Assembly (NCBI GenBank): GCA_029557535.1
Contig: JAKQII010000069.1
Location: 2,861 to 66,860 of the forward strand
Origin: Acidobacteriota bacterium
GTDB taxonomy: Bacteria; Acidobacteriota; Blastocatellia; Pyrinomonadales; Pyrinomonadaceae
DNA length: 64,000 nt
Reading direction: 5' to 3'
Shown here one piece after another: positions 44,978 to 53,962 of the stretch. A program made the translations under genes and the position numbers. Numbering within the stretch: the stretch's first letter is position 1; each line of letters opens with the position of its first letter. Under the pieces are notes generated by a model. The model saw only the letters and a list, made by a program, of their open reading frames with translations, had not been told where the DNA came from and ran no database searches.

Positions 44978-45228
44978 GAGGTCGCAAAGTCATAATTGGA
45001 ACTTGGCGGGCTTGGCGAACTTGGCGTGAGACAAGATCTTCTAATTTCCGGTCGCGGGATCTCACGCGGAGATCGCGGAGGTCGCAAAGTCATAAGTGGA
45101 ACTTGGCGGGCTTTGCGAACTTGGCGTGAGACAAGATCTTCGAATTTCCGGTCGCGGGATCTCACGCGGAAATCGCGGAGGTCGCGGAGGGTTTAATTGA
45201 TCTTGGCGCGCTTTGCGTGAGATGACGC
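44978..45228. repeat. tandem repeat, 100-nt period, two full copies plus a diverged partial third
   Basis: Copy 1 (44978-45077) and copy 2 (45078-45177) differ at 4 positions by eye. Each carries the inverted repeat GCGTGAGA...TCTCACGC. Confidence 0.92.
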
Positions 45229-45444
45229 CGACTTGTTTTGAAATTCCAAATCGGATAAAAGACACCCATGAAAAGACTGCTGCCCATATTCGTAGTAATT
45301 TTTGTTTTTGGTTCGATCGCCGCTTACTCCCAGTCAATTAGCAAACGAATACGCAGCTAGACAAAATCACGCCCGAATCATTAAACTAGCCCTTTTGCAA
45401 TTAAAGGCAGTTACTTAACATATTCGGAGCGGATTCAAAATCTT

Positions 45445-46008
45445 ATGGCAATTTCGGCAAATGATATCAGAAAGGGAATGGTGATCGTGTTCGAGGGAAC
45501 CCCGTGCAAAGTGATGGATTTTCATCACCACACGCCGGGCAATCTCCGCGCGATGGTCCAGACGCGGCTTCGCAATCTTCTGACCGGCAATTCGTTCGAG
45601 CATCGGTTCCGATCGAACGACTCGCTCGACCGGGTGACGCTCGAGCAACACCGGATGGACTATCTTTACTCGGACGGCACGCACCATCATTTCATGAACA
45701 ACGAGTCGTACGAACAGGTCGCGCTGACCGAGGAAGAACTTGGGGACGCCGCACAGTGGCTGACCGAAGGACTGACCATCGAGGTTGAATTCTATGACGG
45801 CACACCGATCGGGATCACGCTGCCGAGTTCGATGGAGCTGACCGTAGTCGAGACCGAGCCGGTTCTTAAAGGCGCAACTGCGTCGAATTCGAACAAACCC
45901 GCGAAACTCGAGAACGGTGTGACGCTTTATGTTCCGCCGTTCATCGTCGAAGGCGAACGCATTCGCGTGAATCCCGCGGAATCGCGTTACATGGAAAGAG
46001 TGAAATAA
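45445..46008 (+). CDS. efp: elongation factor P
   Basis: MAISANDIRKGMVIVFEGTPCKVMDFHHHTPGNLRAMVQTRLRNLLTG. It carries Arg at the tip-loop position (NLRA) rather than Lys. Confidence 0.93.
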   Translation: MAISANDIRKGMVIVFEGTPCKVMDFHHHTPGNLRAMVQTRLRNLLTGNSFEHRFRSNDSLDRVTLEQHRMDYLYSDGTHHHFMNNESYEQVALTEEELGDAAQWLTEGLTIEVEFYDGTPIGITLPSSMELTVVETEPVLKGATASNSNKPAKLENGVTLYVPPFIVEGERIRVNPAESRYMERVK

Positions 46009-46103
46009 TTTGGGAATTGGGATTTGGGATTGCTGATTTGAGCTTGTCTGACGCGAGTCGTGGAGTTCCAATCCGAATTCACAAATCCCTAATCCGAAAT
46101 CCC
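46008..46103. repeat. inverted pair of GGGATTT-type words between efp and waaA
   Basis: ATTTGGGAATTGGGATTTGGGATTGCTGATTTGAG is complementary to CCAATCCGAATTCACAAATCCCTAATCCGAAATCCC. Confidence 0.85.
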
Positions 46104-46107
46104 GCGG

Positions 46108-47412
46108 ATGTACACGATATACAGCATCCTTCTGACCGTCGGCTTCATCTTGATGTCGCCGGTCTTTTTGATTCGGCGCAAAAAGTACGCTACGGGTTTT
46201 CGTCAGCGTCTCGGCCAACTGCCTGAATTCAAACAGGATATGCGGTCGGTGATCTGGCTTCACTGCGTATCGGTGGGCGAGGTCAACGCGGCGCGTTCGC
46301 TGGTCGACGGCATTCACCGCGAATTCCCGAATTTCAGACTAATCATCTCCACGACGACGCGGACCGGCAACGAACTCGCTTCGGCGATCTTCAGCGACTC
46401 TGCCGAATGCGTGTTTTACTTTCCGTTCGACTGGCGTTTTTCCGTCCGCCGCGCCCTGAAGAACTTCAAACCCGGCATCGTGCTTCTGATGGAGACCGAG
46501 ATTTGGTTCAATTTCATCCGCGAGGCGAGCCGTTCCGGAGCGTTCGTTGCAATCGTCAACGGCCGTTTGTCTGAGAGATCCGCGAGGGGTTACACACGGA
46601 TCAGGAACTTCATAAAACGTGTCTTTCGCCGTGTCGATCTGGCGTTGATGCAGAGTGAAGACGACGCCGAGCGGATCGCGGGGCTCGGAATGCGGCAGTC
46701 GAAGATCAAGGTCACCGGAAACCTGAAGTTCGACCAGAGGCAGTCCGAAACCGACCTAACGCGCGAACTTCGTGAGCGCTTTTTTGTTTCTGAAAACTCA
46801 CCGTTGATCGTGGCGGCGAGCACCCACGCCCCCGAAGAGCGACTGATCCTCGAAGCGTTTCGGGACGTCTACAACTCGCAGGCGGATCACTTGCCGCGTC
46901 TGCTGATCGCTCCGCGACACCCGGAACGGTTCGGCGAGGTCGCGGCGCTGATCGAAAAAACGGGCTTCAGTTTCGTTCGCCGTTCCGCCGCTCCTGAACC
47001 GGCGGACGATCTCGCGGATGTGATCCTTCTGGACTCCATAGGCGAACTTCGGGCGATCTACCCACTGGCCGAGATCGTCTTCGTCGGCGGCAGCCTGATT
47101 CCGCACGGCGGCCAGAGCGTCCTCGAACCGGCGTCGGCCGGCCGCGCGATCGTTACCGGGCATTACACAGCGAATTTCAAGGCCGTCGTCGCGGAATTCG
47201 CTTGGGGCGACGCGTTGATCCAACTGCCGAAGCTCAAAGAACGCGAAGTTCCGGCGGCTGTCGCGGCAATCTTTCGGGACCTGCTCGTCAAACCGGAACT
47301 ACGGCGACTTCTCGGCGAGAACTCGCGGGCCGTGATGGAGCAAAACCGCGGCGCGACGGACCGAACGCTTCAACAACTGCGGACCTTCCTTCAGGTCCGC
47401 GAAATCAAATGA
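46108..47412 (+). CDS. waaA: 3-deoxy-D-manno-octulosonic acid (Kdo) transferase
   Basis: N-terminal anchor, WLHCVSVGEVNAARSLV signature, and a C-terminal GGSLIPHGGQSVLEP. Confidence 0.9.
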   Translation: MYTIYSILLTVGFILMSPVFLIRRKKYATGFRQRLGQLPEFKQDMRSVIWLHCVSVGEVNAARSLVDGIHREFPNFRLIISTTTRTGNELASAIFSDSAECVFYFPFDWRFSVRRALKNFKPGIVLLMETEIWFNFIREASRSGAFVAIVNGRLSERSARGYTRIRNFIKRVFRRVDLALMQSEDDAERIAGLGMRQSKIKVTGNLKFDQRQSETDLTRELRERFFVSENSPLIVAASTHAPEERLILEAFRDVYNSQADHLPRLLIAPRHPERFGEVAALIEKTGFSFVRRSAAPEPADDLADVILLDSIGELRAIYPLAEIVFVGGSLIPHGGQSVLEPASAGRAIVTGHYTANFKAVVAEFAWGDALIQLPKLKEREVPAAVAAIFRDLLVKPELRRLLGENSRAVMEQNRGATDRTLQQLRTFLQVREIK

Positions 47413-48602
47413 CGGGCATTTACTACATCCTCGCGGCGGCCCTCGTCTTTCTCAGCTGGAAGTCGTTCACCGGCGGCGTCGCTTACCTTCGTTTTTTCCG
47501 ATCCAGACTCGCGTCGGAGAGACCGGAAGACTCGCCCACGGCAACCGTCTTCTTGCCCTGTCGCGGAATTGACGACGGTCTCGAGGCCAATCTCTCCGCC
47601 TTTTTTGGACAGGATCATCCCGATTTCGAGGTCATCATCGTCGTCGATTCCGTATTGGACGTAGCCGTGCCGGTGATCAGGGATGTGCTGAGCCGGAATC
47701 CGAATGGCAAGCTCGTCGTCGCGGGCGCGGCGGAGAACGAGAGCCAGAAAGTGCACAATCTTCGCGAGGCGGTATTGCATGCCGAAGAGCGTTCGAAGGT
47801 ATTCGTTTTCGCCGACTCCGACGTGCGTCCCGGAACCTTGTGGCTGCGCGACCTTATCGCGCCGTTGGAGGATGACGCTGTCGGATGCGCGACCGGCTAT
47901 CGCTGGTTCGTATCGAAGCGTTTCGGATTCGCCGGCGAGCTGCGATCGGTTTGGAACGCCTCGATCGCGTCGGCTCTCGGTCCGAATCGCCGCAGCAATT
48001 TCTGCTGGGGCGGATCGATGGCTGTCAGGCGCGAGGTTTTCGAGAGGCTTTCGATGCGCGATCGCTGGCGCGGAACGCTGTCCGACGATTTTACGATGAC
48101 TCGGGCGATGAATGACGCGGGTCTCGAAATCGAATTCGTCCCGCAAGCGCTTTGCATGAGCATCGAGAGTTGCGGATTCCGCGAATTGTTCGAGTTCACG
48201 ACGCGCCAGATGAAGATCACGCGCGTCTATTCGCCGCATCTCTGGAGGCTGTCGTTTGTCGGTTCGGCGATGTTCAGTCTCGTGATGGTATGGTCGATTT
48301 GGCTTCTCGCGGTGTCGGAGCCCGCCACGACACGATTCGGCGCGGCCGTCGCGACGGTCATCCTTGTTTCGGTGTTCAGTATCGGGAAAAGCGTGGTCAG
48401 ACTGCTGGCCGTGAGACGTGTGCTTCCAAAAGAGTCGGTTGACCGCCAGTGGCTGGCACAGTGCACATTTTGGATGATTTCTCCGTTGCTCTTCCTGTAC
48501 AATTCGATCTGCGCATTATTCTCACGAACGATAGTTTGGCGCGGGATCCGGTACGAACTGCGATCCCCGACCGAAACGGTGATTGTTGACGATAGCCCGT
48601 GA
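47409..48602 (+). CDS. family 2 glycosyltransferase, ceramide-glucosyltransferase/HpnI-like (Glyco_transf_21 type)
   Basis: TVFLPCRGIDDGLEANL, FADSDVRP, GCATGYRW and FCWGGSMAVRREVF, with C-terminal TM helices. The ATG overlaps the waaA stop (ATGA). Confidence 0.75.
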   Translation: MTGIYYILAAALVFLSWKSFTGGVAYLRFFRSRLASERPEDSPTATVFLPCRGIDDGLEANLSAFFGQDHPDFEVIIVVDSVLDVAVPVIRDVLSRNPNGKLVVAGAAENESQKVHNLREAVLHAEERSKVFVFADSDVRPGTLWLRDLIAPLEDDAVGCATGYRWFVSKRFGFAGELRSVWNASIASALGPNRRSNFCWGGSMAVRREVFERLSMRDRWRGTLSDDFTMTRAMNDAGLEIEFVPQALCMSIESCGFRELFEFTTRQMKITRVYSPHLWRLSFVGSAMFSLVMVWSIWLLAVSEPATTRFGAAVATVILVSVFSIGKSVVRLLAVRRVLPKESVDRQWLAQCTFWMISPLLFLYNSICALFSRTIVWRGIRYELRSPTETVIVDDSP

Positions 48603-48616
48603 TTTGAAGGATTAAT

Positions 48617-49960
48617 ATGGTTCAACACGTAAGTCGAAGATTTCTCGTATTGGCGATCGCCATGATCGGCCTCGCGACCATCGCGTTCGGGCAAAAGTCA
48701 TCGAAGGCCCCGATAATCATCATTCCGGGTTTGACGGGTTCGGAGCTCGTCAACAGCGAAACGGACGAACACGTATGGTTCAAGCCGAGCCGGTCGAAGG
48801 ATGACGACATTCGCCTTCCGATCTCACCGGTCCTCGTCAGAAATCGGGACAAACTCGTGCCGAAGGACATAATTCGCGCCGTGAGTTTTGTAAAATTCCT
48901 GCCTGAAGTCGAAATCTACTCCGAACTCATCAATTCACTCGAGAAACGCGCCGGTTACGTCGAAGGAAAGTGGGACAATCCGCCCGAGGCCGGTCATGAA
49001 TCCACGTTCTATGTGTTTGCGTACGATTGGCGCCGGGACAACGTCGAGAACGCACGGCTGTTGGTCCAGAAGATCGAATCGCTCAAACGAAAACTCGGTC
49101 GGCCAGACCTGAAGTTCAATATCGTCGCGCACTCGATGGGCGGGCTGATCTCGCGCTACGCCGCGATGTACGGCAACGCGGACATCTCAGGAAGGATGAG
49201 GCCAACTTGGGCGGGCGCGAAGCATCTCGACCGCATATTCCTGCTCGGGACGCCGAACGAAGGATCGATCGCAGCGCTCGATGCAATGCTGAACGGCTTC
49301 TCGTATTTCGGTCGCGGGATCAATGTGCCGTTCGTCCGGGACATTTCGCGGTTCGACGTATTCACGATACCGTCGATGTTCGAACTTTTGCCGCAAAACG
49401 GTGCGTTGCGGATCTTGGACGAGAGCTTCAAACCGCTGAAGATCGACCTTTACGATCCTACGACGTGGGACGAGTACGGCTGGAATGTGTGGGACGACAA
49501 GGATTTCGGAAAAAAGTTCGATTTCATTGAGCAAGAGCAGGCCCGTCCGTACTTTCGCGTTGTTTTGAAGCGCGCCAGGGATTTCCAGGCGGCGCTCAAC
49601 GCCAGTTCAAACACAAAGCCGCCGGTTTCGTTCTATCTGATCGGCGCGGAGTGCAAGGACACGCTGAACGCGGCGATCATTTACCGCAAGAAGGATCGTT
49701 GGAAGATGATCTTCACACCCGAATCGTTCGAGCGTTCGGACGGCACAAAAGTTCCGGAAGAGCAGGTCAGGCGGATGATCATCGGCGGCGGCGACGGCGT
49801 CGTGCCGATCGAATCACTCAAGGCGGAACATTCGGGAGGGCCGAAGAACATGCCTATCGCCGGCGAACTTCGCCAGTGTGAATCACACGCGAAACTGGTG
49901 ACGAATCCGGCGATCCAGGATCGTCTTTTTGCGTTGCTCTTCGGCGGGGCGATAGAATAA
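48617..49960 (+). CDS. secreted alpha/beta hydrolase, LCAT/lipase-like
   Basis: Signal peptide, PIIIIPGLTGSELV, and nucleophile elbow NIVAHSMGGLISRY. Confidence 0.7.
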   Translation: MVQHVSRRFLVLAIAMIGLATIAFGQKSSKAPIIIIPGLTGSELVNSETDEHVWFKPSRSKDDDIRLPISPVLVRNRDKLVPKDIIRAVSFVKFLPEVEIYSELINSLEKRAGYVEGKWDNPPEAGHESTFYVFAYDWRRDNVENARLLVQKIESLKRKLGRPDLKFNIVAHSMGGLISRYAAMYGNADISGRMRPTWAGAKHLDRIFLLGTPNEGSIAALDAMLNGFSYFGRGINVPFVRDISRFDVFTIPSMFELLPQNGALRILDESFKPLKIDLYDPTTWDEYGWNVWDDKDFGKKFDFIEQEQARPYFRVVLKRARDFQAALNASSNTKPPVSFYLIGAECKDTLNAAIIYRKKDRWKMIFTPESFERSDGTKVPEEQVRRMIIGGGDGVVPIESLKAEHSGGPKNMPIAGELRQCESHAKLVTNPAIQDRLFALLFGGAIE

Positions 49961-49972
49961 AAGCCGGAACGC

Positions 49973-50410
49973 ATGATCAAGAATCTAATCAACGCCGACG
50001 ACGAAGCGACCGCGAACGGGACGGTAGAAACTGAACGCACAAACGCGCTGGTTTCGCTCTTCGATCTCTCCCCGGCCACAACGGAGCAAGCGTCGGAGTT
50101 GAATGCCGCCGCCGAATCGTCGGGGATCGACGATTCCGGGAACGTTGAGCCGAAACAGGCTGAACCGGCGATCGTCATCGAGCCGTTCGTTCCGCCGTCG
50201 AAAGTTGAAACCATACGCCGTAGCGGACTCGCGTGGTCGGCCGGTGTCGTGTTTTTCGGCTCGGTCGGGTTCATGATGATCCTCGGTTGGTTTGCCGACC
50301 TGCTCCTCGATTCCGCGCCGTACGGGCTTGTCGTGGGAATCGTCCTCGGATCGATAATCGGATTCGTCAATTTCTTCCGCATTACGTCGCAGATTTTCAA
50401 AAACAACTGA
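49973..50410 (+). CDS. AtpZ/AtpI-family small membrane protein with an ~80-aa N-terminal extension
   Basis: The C-terminal two-TM block WSAGVVFFGSVGFMMILGWFADLLLDSAPYGLVVGIVLGSIIGFVNFF resembles ATPase_gene1 (AtpZ). It sits upstream of atpI-atpB. Confidence 0.6.
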   Translation: MIKNLINADDEATANGTVETERTNALVSLFDLSPATTEQASELNAAAESSGIDDSGNVEPKQAEPAIVIEPFVPPSKVETIRRSGLAWSAGVVFFGSVGFMMILGWFADLLLDSAPYGLVVGIVLGSIIGFVNFFRITSQIFKNN

Positions 50411-50499
50411 CGGACCCGGACCTCCGGTCGTCCGACCCTGATTTTTACTTGCGTCCGATTGAGTTTTTGCTCCCGACTTTGTAGAATTCTTGTTTCGCC

Positions 50500-50922
50500 A
50501 TGAGCGAGAATTCCGACACGCCCGTACAGGAGGTTCCTGAGCTTTCCGATCGGCGGATCCTGATCCTGATGGGAATCGTGGTCGTCGTGGGTTCGATGCT
50601 CGGATTCGTACTTGTTTCGAACCGGTTCGGGTCGGGGATCCTCTTGGGCGGAACACTTGCGGGAATCAATTATTACTGGTTGAAGAACGCGCTCAGCGGA
50701 ATATTTGAAAAGGCGATCCGAGACGGAAAGAAGCCGAAGTTTTTGATCGGCGGATATCTTCTTCGTTACGTATTCTTGGCGATAGCGCTCGTGATCGTTT
50801 ATTACACGAAGGTCGTCGATTTTGCGGCGGTTCTTGCCGGTCTGGCAAGTCTCGCTGCCGCGATCATGATCGAAGGCATAATACGTTTGTTTTCAATCGT
50901 TTATAGCAGCAGGGAAATTTGA
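50500..50922 (+). CDS. atpI: ATP synthase protein I
   Basis: Four hydrophobic segments and INYYWLKNAL, directly before atpB (1-nt gap). Confidence 0.65.
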   Translation: MSENSDTPVQEVPELSDRRILILMGIVVVVGSMLGFVLVSNRFGSGILLGGTLAGINYYWLKNALSGIFEKAIRDGKKPKFLIGGYLLRYVFLAIALVIVYYTKVVDFAAVLAGLASLAAAIMIEGIIRLFSIVYSSREI

Positions 50923-50923
50923 C

Positions 50924-51829
50924 ATGTTTCTGTTGTCGGAAGGCGGACACCATACGCCGCTCATCGTAGAATTCGTAAATCATTACATCGGGAAACCGGT
51001 TTATGACTTCCAGATGGCTTACACCAAGCCGCTGTGGGACAAACTGTTCTCCAAGTTCGGCACCAACGCCGAAGCGATCTTCGGTCCGTACACGGTCGAA
51101 ACCGCGGTGCCGTGGTACACGATCATGTTTGTGATCGCGTGCATCCTGACAATGGTCGTGATCTGGATCATGAAGGGCAAGCTGTCCTCAGAAGATCCTA
51201 AGGCCAGCCAGTTGACGCTCGAGGCCGGATTCCTGGCTCTCAAGGACATGATCGTCAGCGTCGTCGGAGAACACGGATACCGCTATTTCCCGGTGGTTGC
51301 GACATTCGCAACGCTGGTCCTGATCTCGAATCTGATGGGCCTGTTCCCGATGTTCATGGCGCCGACCGCGCATATCAGCGTCACGTTCGCGCTCGGCATA
51401 TCATCGTTCATCTATTACAACTCGGTGGGTATCAGTGAGAACGGGGTCCTCAAGCATCTTGGACACCTTGCGGGTCCGAAACTGCCGCTTTCGATCGGGA
51501 TCGTCATCACGCCGCTGATCTTCAGCATTGAATTGATCAGTAACATGATCCGTCCGCTGACGCTCTCGATCCGGTTGTTCGCAAACATGTTCGCCGATGA
51601 GCAGATCTCGATGCAGATCTCGGGGCTTTACGCGCCGTTCACGCAGTTTTTCCTGCCGGTTGCGTTGCTACCGCTCGCGGTTTTCGTCGCTTTCGTGCAG
51701 ACGCTTGTGTTCACCCTGCTTTCGATGATCTACATCAGCGAGGTGACCCACGGCGATCACGGCCACGACGAGGAACACGCCGAGGATAAGGCCGAAGAGG
51801 CGCATGCCGAGGCGGTTGCCGCGGCTTAA
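50924..51829 (+). CDS. atpB: F0F1 ATP synthase subunit a
   Basis: LTLSIRLFANMFADE, containing the essential Arg, and a polytopic profile. Confidence 0.92.
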   Translation: MFLLSEGGHHTPLIVEFVNHYIGKPVYDFQMAYTKPLWDKLFSKFGTNAEAIFGPYTVETAVPWYTIMFVIACILTMVVIWIMKGKLSSEDPKASQLTLEAGFLALKDMIVSVVGEHGYRYFPVVATFATLVLISNLMGLFPMFMAPTAHISVTFALGISSFIYYNSVGISENGVLKHLGHLAGPKLPLSIGIVITPLIFSIELISNMIRPLTLSIRLFANMFADEQISMQISGLYAPFTQFFLPVALLPLAVFVAFVQTLVFTLLSMIYISEVTHGDHGHDEEHAEDKAEEAHAEAVAAA

Positions 51830-52033
51830 GATTTTTGAAAGGATTCGGACCAAGAGTTCGATTTAAGCGACACTGCGCGGATCGGCTTTTCATAGCAGTT
51901 AAGCCCGCACGCTACAGGAGCCTTGACTCGACGCGAGTATAAATCAAGCGCATACCGGAAGTGAGGCGAAATCATAATCCGAGCGGATCTTCGATGTTGT
52001 CGCAACAACACAAAACAACAGGAGACAATTGAA

Positions 52034-52348
52034 ATGAACAAAATGAAGTATGTAGTTTTTGCGACGATGCTTCTCGCGTTGATGTCGATCTCGGCGTTCG
52101 CGCAGGGCGGCGCGGCCGACAACGAATCGACCGTCAGCGCGGCGAAGGCCATCGGTGCGGGTATCGGATTCGGTATCGTTGCCGGTTTGGCGGCGATCGG
52201 ACAGGGTCTCGTCGGTTCGCGTGCGGCGGAAGGGGCTGCCCGCAACCCGGGAGCGGCCAGCACGGTCCAGACGCTCATGATCATCGCGCTCGCGCTGATC
52301 GAGTCGCTCGTGCTCTTCGCGCTGCTGATCGTCTTCGTTAAGCTCTAA
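52034..52348 (+). CDS. atpE: F0F1 ATP synthase subunit c with an N-terminal signal-peptide-like extension
   Basis: GLAAIGQGLVGSRAAEGAARNP loop and the ion-binding helix ALIESLVLFALL. It is preceded by MNKMKYVVFATMLLALMSISAFAQ. Confidence 0.88.
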   Translation: MNKMKYVVFATMLLALMSISAFAQGGAADNESTVSAAKAIGAGIGFGIVAGLAAIGQGLVGSRAAEGAARNPGAASTVQTLMIIALALIESLVLFALLIVFVKL

Positions 52349-52369
52349 TCGACGATCCGCAAAGGATTT

Positions 52370-52410
52370 CGCGGACGGGGTTCTGATGAACTTTGTCCGC
52401 GATTTTTGTT
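52370..52410 (+). terminator. probable terminator after atpE
   Basis: CGCGGAC, an 18-nt loop, GTCCGCG, then ATTTTTGTTTG. Confidence 0.55.
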
Positions 52411-52486
52411 TGTTATACTTGTGATTGCGTCTCGAGCGGGCCGGTTCGGTGCGAACCCGGACGCCGTTTTGGGACTCTAAAGCTTT

Positions 52487-53962
52487 ATGCTCGACCAGTT
52501 TGTGGGAAAGACATTGGCGGACAAATACCGCATCGACGCGGTGTTGCGCGAGACCGATCTCGGCTCGATCTATCACGCGACGCACCTGTTGATGGACAAG
52601 CGCGTCGCCGTTAAGATCCTGTCGCCGGCGCTGGCCGTCGATGGCAACATCGTCGAGCGGTTCTCGCGCGAAGCACGCGGTGTTTCCAGGATCACGCATC
52701 CCAATCTTCTGAATGTGACCGATTTCGGGTCCGATGCCGATGGCACCGTCTTTATTGTTTTTGAGGATACGGAAGGAAAGTCGCTCCGGTCGCGGATCGC
52801 GGATGGCGAAGAGTTTTCACCGCAACGTTCGCTCAAGATCGTCCGGCAGGTTGCTGCGGCCTTGTCCGCGGCGCACATCAAGAATCTGCTCCACGGTCAT
52901 CTGACGACCGACAACATCCTGGTCGACGAAAACGACGACGTGAAGGTGCTCGATCTCGGAACCGGTTGCGACCCGTCCGGATCGGAATTCACGGTCGATC
53001 GGATCCGCTATCTTTCGCCCGAGCAGTGCGTCGATCCACTTGGTGCCGACGCGCGTTCGGATATCTACAGCCTCGGCGTGATCTTTTACGAGATGCTGGC
53101 CGGCGAACCGCCGTTCATCGGTGAGAACACCGGCGAACTGATGCTCAAGCACGCGCAGGAACCGCCGCCGCCGCTTTCTTCATTCCGCCAGGATCTCTCG
53201 CCCGAGATCGAGCCCGTGATTCTGCAGACCTTGGCGAAAAACCCGGACATGCGGCATCAGACGGCCGTCGAATTGATCGACGATCTGAACCATGTGACGC
53301 GCGTCATCGGCGCGGCGCCCGTGGTGGCCACGAAGTCAGAACCCGGATCGGTCAATAATCTCTGGAAAACCGGGTTCATCGTGCTTGCCGGAATTTCACT
53401 CTTGTCGGCGGCGTTGATCTGGATGACTTCGAGCCGGCAAACGGATCCTTCGACGTACCAGTACGACGCGAATGCGATGCCTGTCCAGCCGATCAGCCCG
53501 GCGACGGGGATCAACGAACAGGGACTTTCGAACATCGCGCAGTTTCCGGTCGATCTTTCGAACTCGAACATGCAGCTGACCGCGCCGGACACGCTCTCGG
53601 GCGGCGCAAGCAATCCGCTTTGGGATCAGGGCTATGTTCCGCCGACCGGTCCCGTCTATGTTCCTCCCGGCGGCAATCAGATCACCGTCGGCCCGTGCGA
53701 TCCGAACAACCCCTTCATGCCGTGCGACACGATTCAGGTTCCGCAGGCGAACGTCAACGTGAACTCGCAAAAAGCGCCGTCACCGAAACCGACCGCGACG
53801 CCGCAGGCCAACATCGCCGCCTCGCCGATTCCGACTGAGACGACAAAACCGCAGCCGAGCCCGTCTGCGAGCCCTTCAAGAACGCAGCCGACGAAACCGA
53901 CGGAGCAGAAGTCGCCGACGCCTAAGAAGCCTGAAAGCGGCAAGCCTCAGGACGGCGACTGA
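52487..53962 (+). CDS. Hanks-type Ser/Thr kinase-like membrane protein lacking the catalytic Asp
   Basis: VAVKIL, RFSREA, DLG, SPE and DIYSLGVIFYEMLAGEPPF are present, but the HRDxKxxN box reads HGHLTTDN. One TM is followed by a Pro-rich tail. Confidence 0.75.
   Translation: MLDQFVGKTLADKYRIDAVLRETDLGSIYHATHLLMDKRVAVKILSPALAVDGNIVERFSREARGVSRITHPNLLNVTDFGSDADGTVFIVFEDTEGKSLRSRIADGEEFSPQRSLKIVRQVAAALSAAHIKNLLHGHLTTDNILVDENDDVKVLDLGTGCDPSGSEFTVDRIRYLSPEQCVDPLGADARSDIYSLGVIFYEMLAGEPPFIGENTGELMLKHAQEPPPPLSSFRQDLSPEIEPVILQTLAKNPDMRHQTAVELIDDLNHVTRVIGAAPVVATKSEPGSVNNLWKTGFIVLAGISLLSAALIWMTSSRQTDPSTYQYDANAMPVQPISPATGINEQGLSNIAQFPVDLSNSNMQLTAPDTLSGGASNPLWDQGYVPPTGPVYVPPGGNQITVGPCDPNNPFMPCDTIQVPQANVNVNSQKAPSPKPTATPQANIAASPIPTETTKPQPSPSASPSRTQPTKPTEQKSPTPKKPESGKPQDGD

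Noticed and set aside
51830-52033. Sigma70 promoter TTGACT…TATAAA in the atpB-atpE spacer.
   Set aside because: Only 9 nt separate the two hexamers, far from the 16-19 nt needed. I did not report it as a promoter.
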